The notes: a model not told the origin generated them from the sequence alone. A DNA stretch of 64,000 nucleotides from Ruditapes philippinarum (GCF_026571515.1 NW_026861328.1:248001-312000), one strand, 5' to 3'; positions 26,219-40,924 are shown, numbered from the stretch's first letter. Translations and numbers: made by a program.

Positions 26219-29200
26219 TTGATAAACAAACATGAAACAATTCAATTCATGTAGCTTTATGAGTTAGATTAAGCGTTTACTCATTAGATTTTTAGCTTTT
26301 TATCAAACTAATTATGAAACTAGCAGACTATTTAACCACGATGAAAAGCTATATCACTGGTCTCGTCTTCGGCGACTTTCAGGGTAAATATAGCTCTGAC
26401 CCTTAATCGTTCAGCGCGTCATAACTGATGAGCTTAAGGTAATTTTTATTCTTTAAATTTGACTTTTTTAGTTGGTGGTTCCAGTGTTCCTCACTTGGAT
26501 ACTGTTTACACACCTTAAGAATATATGGCCTGCTTTTTAAATTCGTCTTTTGACAGCTTTTTTGCGATATGCAGGCTTCATAACCTCTGATTACCTTTCA
26601 AAATTCCATTTTATCTACTTCCGCCCATTGTTTTCTCGTTGAGGGCACACACATTCTTTTTACTTGGGGACTCCTCGCTGCTTTTAATGGAATGACACGA
26701 AAATGTCACATTGAAGGTTCCATGATAACCGCCGTATGAACACATACAACCTAATCACATTTATTATATAACTGTATACTAATTTGTTCCAGCGGAGCTT
26801 TACTCTTTACTGATGAATCAACGTGTTTTTATGTGTCGACTGTCGAGGTTGTATTTATGAATGTTGCATTACTTTCCGGCTTCATATAATTTTCTTGATA
26901 GAACAAGTAAAATAAACAACACGTAAAATAAATATTTAGAAACTATGTAAACACAGAGTGAGCAAATGATAAAAAGGCAATAATAATATTGTCTGATATT
27001 TCTCCTAGGAAACGATAATTGAATGGGTTTAACGGTGGAGATTTTGGACAATCCTAGCGCCGGTTCTTAGTCAGTTCTGACAGACATCGTGGTAATTACA
27101 TTTATCCTGAGATTATTTAAGTAACGGTTTTTGCAGTAGGCGTTTCAACTAGTTTTATTCTTCTAGTATTTGAAGATTGAGACCGCAAAAATATGCTTAA
27201 AGATATCAGATCTGGTCCAGAATGTAGTGCTTATACTCAATATAAATAAAGTATTGGTTCCTATTTTGTTCTAAATTGATTAATTGATTCAAAATGCAGT
27301 AACTATAATCTGTAGACTTACATCTTACATATACTTTATACATTTAATATATAGTCTGAAATTTTTTCATTTATCATTTAAATACCGACATGTTATAAAT
27401 GTTGGTTTTACTATATACTAGATACCAAATGCATCGTTTTCGTTCTGCAACCTATTTCAAAAAAGAGTGTAACTGTAAACAATTCTTTTCAATTGTGCTC
27501 ATTTACCGCTTATTACGTTTTTATTTGTTTTGAATCAGTTGTTATGTGTTTACAATACATTGTAGAGGAGACAGCAGAGGGCATTTACCTGTAGATTAAA
27601 CAAATAATGCTGATAATAAAGTAATTTTTATCGCTTGCTGATTAAAGTGATCCCTTTGTATATTGTTACAGAATCGTGTTTGCTTAATCATTTGCCATGT
27701 AAATGGAAAATGAATTTGCATACTGAATTGTATTAATGTTAAAATTTGTTGAAACCGGTGCTAGAGGACATAAATAATACGTTGCAGAGACAAAATCAAA
27801 ATACAAATTCGTCTTTCAGAGGGTAACTTAACAGACATGTTATTTATAGGCAATGTGACATAGCATATTTTTAGATCGTACTGTTGTTAAAGTTTGACAT
27901 AATCTAGGTTGAACTCTTGACATTCGCAAATGTTTCCGTATCAAGAACCCTAGTTACTCGATTTTAGAATTTCAATAATCTTGGACTTTAGTGGAGCTCA
28001 CTGATATTTTAATTGTAATATAACATATGGATTACCTTATGTTTCATTATATGCAAAGACATTTTAATCTCTTTTTTTTTAATTTAAATACGTTACTTGT
28101 CCTATATAATGACACTATTCCACTTGTCAGTTAAAGTTTGCTAATATTATTTCAATATATCAAATGGCTCTATATTAATTGACTTTACCTAGTTTGACAG
28201 TGCTTATATATCAGTCGAGTTATATACAAGCAGTTGCATTTCTAGAAATCTAGAAATGTTGAATAAGGTTCCTGTTTTGAATTATTTATAATTACACACC
28301 GTCTGTTTTTGTCCGTGTGCCCTGTCCTGTTTAGTGTCCTGCTGGGCTCCATGTCGATGGTCTTATGTCAGGAGATGCGTTCAATGAATTCCGCCCCACC
28401 TTATTGATCTTGATTTTTATATTTTGTTTTTAGTTTGGTATTGACTTTTCTAAAGCGAATATTCAAATGACAAACAAAATATTGGAGCATTATATTGTTT
28501 GATATTTCTTCAGACAGTGAGCATTAGGGAAACGAGAATTGAATGAGTTCCTACTGGTAATTCAATACAATCCTAGTATTTGTTTTTATTCACTTGTGAC
28601 AGACTTCCGAGTAATTACATTTATCTAGAGACTATTTAAGTAACGGTTCTTACAGTGGGCGTAGTAACTAGCTAAATATCCGGTATTTGATGATCGAGAA
28701 CCAGAAAATTGTGGAAGAACTTAAGTATGATGTCAGTATTGGTAAAAGGTATTCATGTTATGAAAATAGATGTTGATAAGATATATACATCTTTAAGGGT
28801 CAAGGTACAAGAACAGTTACTTTAGTATATATTTTCTTATAATTCCTTATGTATTTCATATAGGGTTTCTATATTTATGAAAAAAGTCTTTACAACATTT
28901 TCAATTTTGCCGTGTTGGGCTTTCTTTAGGGATTCTGTATTTATCTATTTTACAGTAATATGACAATATTATTAGTATAGACGTATTTCCTTATAAAAAT
29001 TGCAAAGATCAACATTTTACATTACAGTGAGAATACTGGAAGAACCCAACTTGAAAAAAGCAAAACAGAAAGAACCACAAGTACCACAGACACATAAATA
29101 ATGTCGTACTGAACGATCTTCAAAGATCTAAAATATCACATCTCTAAATAAATGTATGGGGCAATATTTTCTGGTCTCCAAACGGGACCAAGAACACTTA

Positions 29201-31489
29201 TATGACTATAAAAAGCTAAGAAAAATAATAACATCAACCGTTACGGAAACAAAATGTTATCTTTTAATCCCATAGCCATTTAAGTATCCCTATGTGAATA
29301 TGGATGCAATTTCGAACAAATCAAAACTACATTTGTGACGTCCTTGACCGCGGAAAATAAATACATTTGTGTAAATCTTTATCGATAGACCACATTTAGT
29401 TATACTTTAAATTATCTAGTAAGCATATCCGTACGTGTTTATCAAGCTCATCTGATGCCTAACATTGCTTGCATATCATGTCTACATATTGAATAGACCT
29501 TTAAACATTGTATTACAATTATCACCCGGCACCTCGTATCTTGAATGTAGTATTAAAAGAATATACAAGCAATCTAAAGAAAAAACGTAAACAAGCGTTT
29601 TCTCCAAACAAAGGAGGGGGTAGAGTATTAAAGTTGAACTGATGAAGGTCATTCAGGTCAAACGTTATTCATATTTATCATAAACATTTGTTACAATTGT
29701 CAATTTGCCGTAAAGAAAAATTGTACGGTGTTTCATGTCTAATTATATCCTCAGTTTCCAGTAAGGCCGGATGGGGCGTTGATGGTAGCCTCCACTTTTC
29801 AGTACCTTTTTCGAATACTCGATCATTTTCAACCATTTCGATTGGCCGTTGTGAATGTTCTTTAGTGGTTATTTTTGTTCTTCTGTTTAAGTTTAAACAA
29901 AGTTTTTTCAACAGTTTAAATAAACATTTCAGTTTATTTCAATGATTACAACATACTAAGAATACATTTACTAGATAAATGGCTAATACATGAAAAGGAT
30001 TATATGTTAAAGTTATAGAGTTATTAAAGGTATTCTATATATTGATGTACTTGATATTTAATTATGACATTTTAAAATACTGACTGAAACAACTAACATT
30101 ATATTATCAACAGTTCAACTAAACTCACAGCGATTGAATAATGTCTCGCGTATAGACTTCGACTTATTGACAAAAATATTTGAGTTATTGTCATGGCTAA
30201 GAGTTTGGCCCCCGTTTGTTAGGGGATGCATACATTAACTGTCACCTTTCAAGATTGTATAGTACCCCACTCATTGTACATACGACTTATAACAGTAATT
30301 TTAAAGCTTATGCTAGAGTTATTACATGAAAAGAAGCTTTTTTCTTCCACATCTTGATTCATTTCTAGATGCATTTTTAATTAAAGCAAAATATTAAATA
30401 CACACAAGTCGAAAGGAATATTTCACAATTTGTTATTTGATTTCCATTCTAGTGTCCATTAGGGTCTGAGTATTCAATAATTTTCTGGTGGTGATTTAGA
30501 TTAATCATATAGCCATTTCTTAGCCAGTCGGTTATTACATTTATCCTAAGATTATTTTGTAACGATTCTATCAGTGGGCGTTACCACAAACATTTCATGT
30601 GACAATGTACACAGAAGTGTAAAGTAAATTAAGTACAATGTATAATGTCGGTAGTGAAAAAGGGAGTAGTTTAAAATATTGAAATATGCCTGATTTCTTT
30701 AATTTTAAGGACAGTTATCTTTATACATTTATATAAAAACATTTGTTATTTGATGTACATGAATGTACGTCATAAAAGCGACATGCCTCAAGATTCATGG
30801 TTATTTTTATGATAATTTTGAAAATGTATTTAAAAGTAAAATCTTTCTCTCAAATTGAAATATATTGGTTCATCTAGAGGCATGCAGCATTTATAGATTT
30901 TCTTCATTTATTATATAATTAATTGTTAAACTTAAACTTATTGTTAACTTGTGTTTCCGTTAGTTTTAACCATACCGTAAATTTCATCTGGCAAAGAGGG
31001 GGTGCCAGGTGAGTCGCTTGCTATACGATGACATGCTCAGGATGACGTAATCTTGCCGTTATGAATGAACACTGTTGTAAGAAAATAGTTACGGTTGTAA
31101 TGACATACATTTAAATGGAAAATTGTTTTATTAAGGTAAACGTTGGAATTGGTAGAAGAAGGTAAAGAATTTAAAATATGAAGGATATTGTAAAATCTAA
31201 ACAGCAACATATAGCAGATATTTTTATCTAATCCGAATCCTTAATACTTTCAATTGTGCCCGTTTTGGGCGTTCTTACAGGATTCTGTTTCTCTCCATTT
31301 TATTTTACTGCGCACTAATCAATTGCGTTGATTGTTTTAATATAATGTTATATTTAATCATTCAAAGATATTAACGAGTACTTAGTAAACTAAGAGAAAA
31401 AGATAACTGGTTTGTGTCGTTGTATTGATCGATTTAGAATAAACAACAGCATGTAAACCATTTTCTGCATCAGCATAAGATGCATTACA

Positions 31490-32152
31490 GGGGGCAGGGG
31501 ACATACCCGAATGATTGCCACGGTCAAATATTTTAATAACTCAGACATGGTGTTTTGAAGGTACTGTTAATTTCTGATATTTCTCTGTCATTGTAATTCT
31601 TTCTTGTGTGTGTGTAGGAACTGAGAAGTTTTTTTTTTTTTTTTGGGGGGGGGGGGGGGTTTACCCGAAACTAAGCATTTTGGTAACTTTGTATGCATTT
31701 ATGACTCTTTAAAAGGAGGTGAAAAAGTTTTTTAAAAAAAGGTTTGACAGTTGGCGCCAAACAAGAAAGAAAATTACGGATAAATTTTGTGAAAAATCTA
31801 AACGTATGACAGACACTTTATTGTTCATTTTTGAAAATGCCGTAGCTTGCACTGCGTGTTAGCGATATTTCTAAAGGGTGGATTCTGGAGTATGCTGCAC
31901 CTTCATGAATATTTCCCATATTGTATATTTTAGGTGTGATTTTGACTGGGTGGGGGTAAATAAAAATTGCTGTCAGTCATTTATGTAAGAAGCAATGCAA
32001 GCAAACTATTATTTTCTTCAATGTATGTCATATATCATTGAATAATGCTATGCAACTGGTTATTTGCCCGTGAAACATGTTTTGAAATATTTGTAATTGT
32101 GTTTCTGGCCACACTGAAATACAAAACTGTTCATTTTTTTGTCCCTGCCTCC
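31490..32152. mobile_element. Duplicate of the MITE at 24004-24652
   Basis: Same ends and flanks, carried by the 7.4 kb duplication. Confidence 0.75.
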
Positions 32153-33585
32153 ACATGTCTAATAGAAATATCAATGATAAGATGGAGAACATCTTTTTTA
32201 TTGCATTTTTATTGCAAAAAACATCTCTTGTTTGAAGTTTTATGATTAAATGATTTTCTTTTCTTCTTTATGATTATGTAAAATCGTCTCTAAAAATTAT
32301 TGCAATACTTTAGTGTCATTCAATGTTGAAAGTCACACTCAAAGGTTTAACTCCCCATTGGTGCTTTCGCTATGTCCTTGTCCTAACTTCCGTTTTGTTT
32401 GGTGCCTTGCTGGTTATCCGTGCTGATGGTTCTACATGTGGGTTGTGAACTTAGTAGATTAAGTGCCTCCTTTTCTTGTTCATATGTGTGCTCATATTTT
32501 ATGACAAGGGTAATGGCAGTATGGCAAAAAGTAGACAACTACACCTATTGAGCATAAATATAGAATCACTGATTAAAGAAAATTAATTCGAATTGTCTTT
32601 AAAAAAAATTACATGCATACGGTGATATAAATAAAGTTTGATACCGAACACGGAAAGCAATGATTCAATAAGTAAGAGTGCAAAGAAGATTGTCTGCTTG
32701 ACAAGCTTTTTTCATTTGGTTATCAGCAAGGCCATGTTTTGTCTGATTAAAACTGGTTTATTAAGTATTTCTACGTGCCAGTAATGTATTCGTTCAAATA
32801 ACCTTTTAGTCATGTTTCTGTGTCTTAATTTAAACAGCGTGAAATGTTTCTAATTAGTATTGTTAAAATTAGCAACCGGCGATGTAAAATTATATTTATA
32901 GCAAAAAAAAAAAAAAAAAAAAAAAAAAACGCGTTCTCGACAAAAAATTGATTTTACATGCAATAAATGATAAATGTTTGTGAGACGTGGTGCATTAGAA
33001 TCAGCGGGTGATAAAATCTATCTTTCATGTGCGTGTTTAAGCTTAATAGGAAGTACATCGGAAATTTTATACATGTGTCGCTGGCACAATTCTCGGGTGG
33101 GGCAAAATATCTCCGTGACACTTGATTTTGTCCATGGAGACTAACAGTCCTTTGTATTTCAGAAATCATATTGGACTAGTAATCGGTCACTGGCTTGGAA
33201 ATTTGAAATGTCTTGCTAGTAATCCTTGAAAATACTGACAAACAGAATCTTTTTAGCACGCAAAAGCTGTAAAATTAAAAATATTGCTTGCTCGGTTTGA
33301 TTACAATTGCGTTTATTTCAGCTTGTAATTTGATATTTAACTATATATGTAAAGCAATTCTAGCACAAACATGAAGTAATTAAATTCATGTAGCTTTATT
33401 AATTAGATTTAGCGTCTATTCATGTAATTTTGATCTTTTTGCTGCACCACAAAATAAACTGATAATGGAACTAGCAGGATAATCAATCACGATGTTTAGC
33501 CATATCACTGGTCTTTTCTTCGGCGTATTTCGTTTCAATGGACGTTAATCAGTTTCGGAGGTCATGTCCGCTCATTATGTATCAT

Positions 33586-34012
33586 AAGTTACCATTTACA
33601 AGAGTGTCCGTTTGCCTCTCAATTACTGCACCGATACCATCGGATGCCCCCTTTTCTTGACATACCTCTGGAAATATTATGTTGGATGTTTGAATCAATA
33701 TTTAGATACCTCTTTTGAAAACAGACATCACTCTTTTATTGTTTAACTGGTGCTGTTTGGTAGACATATAGCTTAAAAATGCATTAAAACTGCCATCTAA
33801 TTTATCCTTTATATTCTATATAACTGGTGACAAAGTGACCTTACTGTGTATGTTTCAAAATGCTTTTCTTCAGTGTAGTCTTTATGTAAGCAATACTACC
33901 GTGTAGACAATTTTGACTCTGTGATTTACCGATGTAGTATTGTTGTTACATCCAAAGTTTTTCTGATAATTCCATGAAAACAACTTCACGGTCAGTATTA
34001 AGAGCTAGTTGC
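33586..34012 (-). pseudogene. Highly decayed DDE transposase fossil, Sola(2)-like
   Basis: Frameshifted - strand peptides REVVFMELSE/NFGC, GKSQSQNCLHGSIAY and FPEVCQEKGASDGIGAVIERQTDTLVNG. These resemble, in order, the DFSENY, Q.(S/T)LH and HGKG..DG.GG..KR motifs as recalled for this family. Confidence 0.6.
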
Positions 34013-34269
34013 TGACTGTAAATCTTTCAGGATTTTTTTGTAAACGTATCAAGAGTTTCCATGTTGCATTTCTTCAACCTTTGGTACCGCCAGTGGTTTA
34101 TTTATTTACTTTTGAAATATTATATATAAATAAGAGCAAAAGAAATAATATATAAATGTACTTGACGTAAAATATTGAGATTTCTGTGAACATCTCGGTA
34201 ATGACTCCTAGAAAATAGTCACTTATTTGTCCATTCCTCTTCTATGCTTTTAACTTTGCAGATAACGTC

Positions 34270-34410
34270 AAAATGTTACTGTTTAACCCAGTGCGAGGGG
34301 CTTGGATTTTAATTTGCACTTTGTACATGCTTAAGCAAACCGAGCCTGCAACATTTCAATTTTGTCGTTTAAGATTTTCTTTAGAGATTCAGTTTTTCTA
34401 TTCTATTTTA
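34270..34410 (+). mobile_element. Diverged family X 3' fragment
   Basis: ttgcacttt...caaaccgagcctgcaacatttc...ctttagagattcagtttttctatt. Confidence 0.55.
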
Positions 34411-36944
34411 CGGTGTTGACATTCATTTTATCCCGACAGATAAAATCATCGGCCACTATGGTACATGTAATAATCTATTATTTTTTTTTTTTTTGGGGGG
34501 GGGGGGGTGAATTTTGTGACTTAAATGTAAATAATATAAATGAGTAAAAAATTTGACAAACTAGACTCATGTCGATAAATATGTGTCTTCGTTAAAATAA
34601 AGACACACACACATTGCAATAGTGAATTAAAAAGAATAATCTAATAGATAAGATACTGAGTCCCTTAGAAGACCTGAATTACATTGAATTGCCTATCTTT
34701 GATACATATCTTTGATACATTACTGACTTATTCTATACAGTCATGTAGTTCAACTTCTGATCAATTTGATCTTTTTTAAAATTATAATAGAACAAAAATA
34801 TATTTTCAAACATATAAATTAAAAATAATATTAAAAGATGAAAGCATTTTACTAACTTTGTTGCTAGAAAAAATGATTGGATATTAGCGAACATTTATGT
34901 TTATGAAAGCAATGGAATTGGTTATTTTTTTATGAATGAAACAATATATAAATGTTTGAATAGGATTAACGACTTATAAACTCTAAAATGTTATACATAA
35001 AAAAATGTATAGCATTTCAGAAATATGCAAATTTGTATTAATATTAAGGAAACATAGTTATGAGTGTGTGGTTATGTCAGGGTCTGTGAAAGTTTTCTTG
35101 TCTTTTTTCATATTTTTTCTTAAACTTTGTAAATGAGCCGAAATGTTTTCAAGTTTGCGTAAGGCAGTGTCGACTATCGAGCAATGTAGAGGTTGTATTT
35201 ATTAATATTGAAATACTTTTCCGTATTTTTATATTTTGCTAGAACATATACTGGTAAAATATTTATAAAATTTCTTATCACAGTGCAACCTACAAAAAGA
35301 GTATCGTGGCAATATATTGTCTGCATTTTCTTCTAGGGACCATTAGTAAACGATAATTGAATGTGTTCATGGTGGAGATTTTGGACAATCCTAGCGCCGG
35401 TTCTTAGTCAGTTCTGACAGACATCGTGGTTATTACATTTATCCTGAGATTATTCAAGTAACGATTCTAACAGTAGGCGTACCAACTAGTTTTACTACAA
35501 AGAACAAGAAAGTGTGAAATAATGTCAATATGATGTCAGATTCGGTCAAGCAAATAATGCTTTAACGCTATATAAATATTTGTTGGTTCAAAATTACTAA
35601 CCATAATGTTTGACATAATGCGTACACTTACATATACTTTATGCATTTAATTTACAGTCTAGATTTTTTTCAAAAAGGGCTTCTTCATAGATAATATGAC
35701 ATTTATCATATCGATATCGACATGATATAATGTAGGTTTTCTAAATAACAGATACCAAATGCATCGTTATCGTTATGCGACGTGTTGCAAAAAATATAAC
35801 TGTAAATAATTCCTTTCTGTCAATCAAATGCGCTCATGTACCTACTTGTTTTGAAAAACTGTTGTTATGTTTGGAATTTATTGTAGACTAGACAGTAGAG
35901 GTCATTAACCTGTAGATCAAACAAATAAAGTGATTTTTATCGCTTGCTGAATAAAATGATCCCTTTGTATATTGTTACAGTATCATGTTTGCTTTATCAT
36001 TAAGCCATGTAAATGGCAAATGAATGTTGCATGTTGGTATGTATTAATGTTGAATCCTGTTGAAGCCAGTGCTAGGGTACATGAACGATACGTTGCACTT
36101 TACTTTGCTCTTGCCACTACCGCCAATAAATGGGCTTAATCAAACTGAACCTGTGGCATTTCTCAATTGAGCCGCTTCAGATGTTTTACAGTATTTTTTT
36201 CGGCTGATGTACCGCCTCCTTTTTTGTCATTAAGTCAATAACCGAACATCAAATCAGAAAATGTCATCTTTAATGCTTAGCATAAAATGACAGTATGTTT
36301 AAATATTTGCATTTTATATCAGCATACACATGACTATAGTTCTTTTCCTTACAAAGGTTTCTGACCTTCAAATGTGGTTTAGCGTTATTGCATGCCATTA
36401 TTCAATAATAACAATATCTAATCAAGGGTTAGGGTATCTTTATATCATTTTATGCCAGTCTCTTATTCGCTTTACGACTGTTCTAATATTGAGAATAATT
36501 AGTCATTTGTTAGTTTACGAACAGATAATTAAGCTTTGAGAAACTAGTCCTCTGTAGTATTGCCTGACTTAATTATAGGACTTATGTTCATTAGAGAACA
36601 AAGGTTGAATAGGTACAATGAAGTATTTAAAGGCACATCTAAGATGACTTCGAAGGCTAAAATCCTTATCTGTATAAAAAATTATTTCGTTTCTCTTTCT
36701 ACTATTATAATAAATAAAAATAACCTGCATTGTGTATAACAAATGGTCAAGTAATAATTCCATCACATTTTCTCTAACTAAACCAATTTAATAATAGGTA
36801 GTTATTCTTTAAATACACTTGGTTAGACTATAATATACCTTTATTTCAAATAAACCGGCAAACTTATAGTATTTAGGTGAAAAAGAACCTTCCTATTGTA
36901 AAATTAGGTTGATTACTTTTGTTTGATTCTGCAATATACATTAA

Positions 36945-37039
36945 AGCCGCGCGAATCCAGATTTGTGCTAATTTTCATGAAATTTTGAAAATTAATATAA
37001 AAGTGAAATATTATGAATTAAACAACATTGCAGACGGCT
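36945..37039. mobile_element. Possible tiny TTAA-flanked MITE remnant (paralogue ~57797-57891)
   Basis: ttaa-agccg...cggct-ttaa. Only 5 bp of IR and no empty site seen. Confidence 0.3.
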
Positions 37040-38055
37040 TTAACAATCCACGTAAATTACCAAAAAGAGTCTAAAACATGCGAGAAGCCGTGTTAGCGAC
37101 GCAGTAGAAATATAGTTGAAGTATTAACACAGGCAAAATTTTGATTGTTAACTAAATATTTTGTGCACTTATCTAGTTATATGGATATGCAGACCATTTC
37201 TCACTCTATGTCAACTGAATATCACTTCTTCTTTGCTGGCCTATAAAATGCGGATACAAACTTCAAGAAAACGCTCTGTCAGAAAGCTCTACTTGATTAC
37301 AAAAATGTACATCCTAATGATAAATTACTGACTATCAGAGAGACAGAATCAAGGTACAAATTCGGCTTTCTGGGGGTGACTTAACAGACATGTTATTTAT
37401 AGGCAATGTAAAAAATTGGTTAAGCTCTTCAAATGTGAAATTCACACGAAAAGTCGCAAGCGTGACATAGCATATTCCTTTTAGATCGTATTGTTCTTAA
37501 AGTTTGACATAATCTAAGTTGCACACTGACATTTTCAAATGTTTCCGTATCTACCGTAGTTACTCGATTTTAGAATTTCAATACTCATTGACTTCAGCGG
37601 GGCTCCCTGATATTTTAATGTAATATTACACTGTTATTCATTTGAATTAATGATCAAATGTACTCTTTGCTTTTAATAATTTATTAACTTTATACTGAAA
37701 TTCATTTGGATTCTTATTTTAGAGAGACTTGGCAGTGAATAATTGCATCATAAGAGCGATGATTTTACTCTTTTCTTTTCCTCATTGCTTCAATTTGTTC
37801 TGCATATTTTACATATATTTATGCAAGTAATACTTTACAATGAAACTTCCTTTTGCTAACAAAGTCAATTAATATATTCCTATATAATGTCGGGATTAAG
37901 AAAATGTAGTTCAATATTCAAATGTCTCAATTTTGCTCTACAAAAGATATCACTACATTGGTACAAACAAATAAAACGCATTCAGGTGAATTTATATAAA
38001 AAGAAGCATTTAACAAAATCTTTCCTTTTCTTGATTTTCATAAAATAAGTTTTTA

Positions 38056-39187
38056 TTATATTCTCGAAAGAATTTCGGGCATATTATGTTATACCCCCTG
38101 ACGTCCGTCCGTCTGTCCGTCCGTCCGTCTGTCCGTTAGCAATTTGGTTTCCGGAGCATAACTTAAGTTCCATTTGGCCCACAGTATTCAAACTTCATAG
38201 GATGATTGTCCATATCGGGTAGAAGACCCCTATTGATTTTGAGGTCACAAGGTCAAAGGTCAAGGTCACTATGACCTTAAAACTGAAAACAGTTTCCGGA
38301 GCATAACTTAAGTTCCATTTGGCCCACAGTGTTTGAAACTTCATAGGATGATTGTCCATATTGGGTAGAACACCCCTATTGATTTTGGGGTCACAAGGTC
38401 AAAGGTCAAGGTCATTATTACCTTAAAACCGAAAACAGTTTCCCGAGCATAACTTAAGTCCCGTTTGGCCCACAGTGTTCAAACTTCATAGGTTGATTGT
38501 CCATATTAGGAAAAACAACCCTTTAGATTTTGGAGTCACAAGGTCATAGGTCAAGGTCACTATTACCTGAAAACTGAAAACAGTTACCGGAACATAACTT
38601 AAGTTCCTTTTGGCCCACAGTGTTCAAAATTCATAGGATGATTGTCCATATTGGGTTGAAGACCCCTATTGATTTTGTAGTCACAAGGTCAAAGGTCACT
38701 ATTACTTAGAAATTGAAAACAGTTTCTTTAGCATAACTTAAGTTCAATTTGGCCCACAATATTCAAACTTCATAGGATGATTGTTCATATTAGGTAGAAG
38801 ACTCCTATTGATTTTGGGGTCACAAGGTCAAAGGTCAAGGTCACTATGACCTTAAAACTGAAAACAGTTGTCGGAACATGACTTAAGTTTCATTTGTCCC
38901 ACTGTGTTTTAACTTCATAGTATGATTGTCCATATTGGGTAGAAGACCCCTATTGATTTTAAGGGTCACAAGGTCAAAGGTCAAGGTCACTATTACCTTA
39001 AAACTGAAAACAGTTTCCGGGGCATAACTTAAGTTCCATTTGGACCACAATATTGAAACTTCAAAGGAGGATTGTTTTGTGAAGGAGGTAATACTTTATT
39101 TAATTCCCATGTCTTACAAATGCTTCATCTTTACTAAAAAAAAATCACTTTCGGGCATATAATGCTCCGCCAAGCGGTGCTCTTGTT
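38056..39187 (+). mobile_element. HINE-like element with ~145 bp satellite array
   Basis: 5' sub-TIR and palindrome, (GTCC)n tract at 38103-38136, and monomers starting at 38147, 38292, 38438, 38583, 38722, 38867 and 39013. It ends in the 3' sub-TIR ctttcgggcatata, a stem-loop and cttgtt. Empty TT site in B near 60772. Confidence 0.9.
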
Positions 39188-39321
39188 GATTTATTCTTGA
39201 TGATTAATAACTTTATTTACTATATAAGATCATGGCGCACAATATATAGAGTCTGCCCGCTTATGTCAATATAGAAAGCAACACTTTAGTTGTCCCCATG
39301 ACACTTTATTTCAAACATTAA

Positions 39322-39668
39322 AGGCCCATTATGTCCAATAAAAGCTATGTATTTTAGTGTCCTGTAAAAGCTTCCAAATATTACTTATTTTACATATAGC
39401 TGAACTGTCTTTTGTTTCTTTTGATTGTAGTATAATCATAGTGTTTTAGTATGGTGTATGCAAGTCAAAACTTTATTTACATTTCGCTTCTTTTATGACA
39501 AACAATTTTACATTCAGTGTTACTTTCATCAGGTGTTAAGCATTTAACAACATGTTCTGAAACCATTATTTAAATGTTATAAACACTCATGTTTGCCCTT
39601 CCTCAGAGAAAAAAACAAACAATAAAAACAAACAAACACACACAACATTTCAGGGGCAAAATGTGCCT
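39322..39668. mobile_element. TTAA-flanked MITE (AG...CT ends, Kolobok-like) inserted in a SINE; paralogue 60947-61270
   Basis: ttaa-aggcccattatgtcc...ggggcaaaatgtgcct-ttaa, with ~16 bp imperfect TIRs. Confidence 0.65.
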
Positions 39669-40924
39669 TTAAGTCTTATATTCATTTGCCACTCAACGCT
39701 GATTGGATAAGTAGTCGGTCACAAGCGGAGATATTATTACTGACTAGTTATCCTAGAAAACTGGATAGGTGCATAGACCACCGACATATGGCATGTGTTG
39801 AAACCGGCGTAAAACCAGAAAAACAAATTAAAATAAGCACCATATAGACGCCTTATATTATTTAAGATAGTCTTATAGTCACTTCGCATCTGATTCAAAG
39901 GTTATTGACAACTATATTTCCAGTAAATGGCCTGGTACAATCTTTCCTGATCGAATTGTTTAACGTTATTATTAGCGTTGTCTCCATTAGGAAACAAGGG
40001 GTTAATACGTACAGAGTGGTAATTTGGGGCAAAATCTAGCTTGTGTTGAAGAAAAATCCTTAATCCAATGGACAATAAATGATTGTGTGTCTCTAGTGCA
40101 GACAATCTTAAGCGAGCAACAAAAGATTGCAGCATAGTTCACTTATTCTGTCATCCGAACCAGTTAAGCATTTTGTTTAATAATTACACACAATAGCTGT
40201 CGGCAACTGTACATTTGATATCAACAATATTTATTTCTATTTGATAATGAGAATGTTTAGATGAAGACAAGGATTTCAAGGATAATTTCTTCACAATTTC
40301 ACCATATCATTTCACATGAATTATGTACATTTCAAAAGTCACGCTTCTTGTGAAAATAAAAAATGTATGTGTTAAGATTAGCGTCCCTATTGTTACTTAA
40401 AAGTCATGATAAAAAAGAGAGGTGGTCAAATTTCTTGTATGTATTTGTTTATTTCTTTGAAAGAATTCAATTGATAGTAAGAGCAGATTTGTGATGAAAT
40501 TGGGAAATACCTGTTTAATAGACAATATAAACATAAATTGTTTTTAATTTCGGACTAAATTATTTAAGATTTTATGCTTATACGTATGCTATAACTATTT
40601 CAAAACACCCTTTTTTTGTTAAAAGTCTTTTAATTTAATAAACAGCTCTCTTTTCTTTAAACATCATAAACAATGTCATACAATAATTAATTTTTGAATG
40701 TTGCACATATCATTTCGAGAAAAGCGTTAAACTTTAATGCATTTTTTTCTTGGATGATTGAGATTCATATATCAATGGCTGTTATAGATTTCAACTTGAT
40801 ATCAGATATACTCAACATTGTAAAATAACAACTTAATTTACATTTCTAGAAAAATAGTTTACATAGTTGTCATCGCGTTAAATTGTGAAGTGATATTAAG
40901 ACTATTTAACTATTTAGATAAGAA

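Larger units (their letters stand above)
17490..32380. repeat. Recent near-identical tandem duplication of ~7.4 kb (17490-24880 and 24881-32380)
   Basis: Identical or near-identical ORF-track entries at offsets of 7398-7500 (18077/25483, 19468/26869, 22280/29678, 24545/32045). More diverged paralogous sequence flanks it at 14590-17490 and 32415-37620. Confidence 0.95.
1..40744. repeat. Large tandem segmental duplication, unit A (expanded by internal duplication and insertions)
   Basis: The sequence at position 1 (ttttcttggatgattgagattcatat...) recurs at 40745 and 62821. Colinear blocks: 1-4004 vs 40745-44715, 5170-6250 vs 46110-47215, 9755-13700 vs 49025-51730, 37660-40744 vs 60340-62820. 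The unit boundary is set arbitrarily at the window start. Confidence 0.93.

Noticed and set aside
38147-39075. Regular repeats as a CRISPR array
   Set aside because: Whole 145 bp monomers repeat with no unique spacers, there are no cas genes, and the context is eukaryotic.
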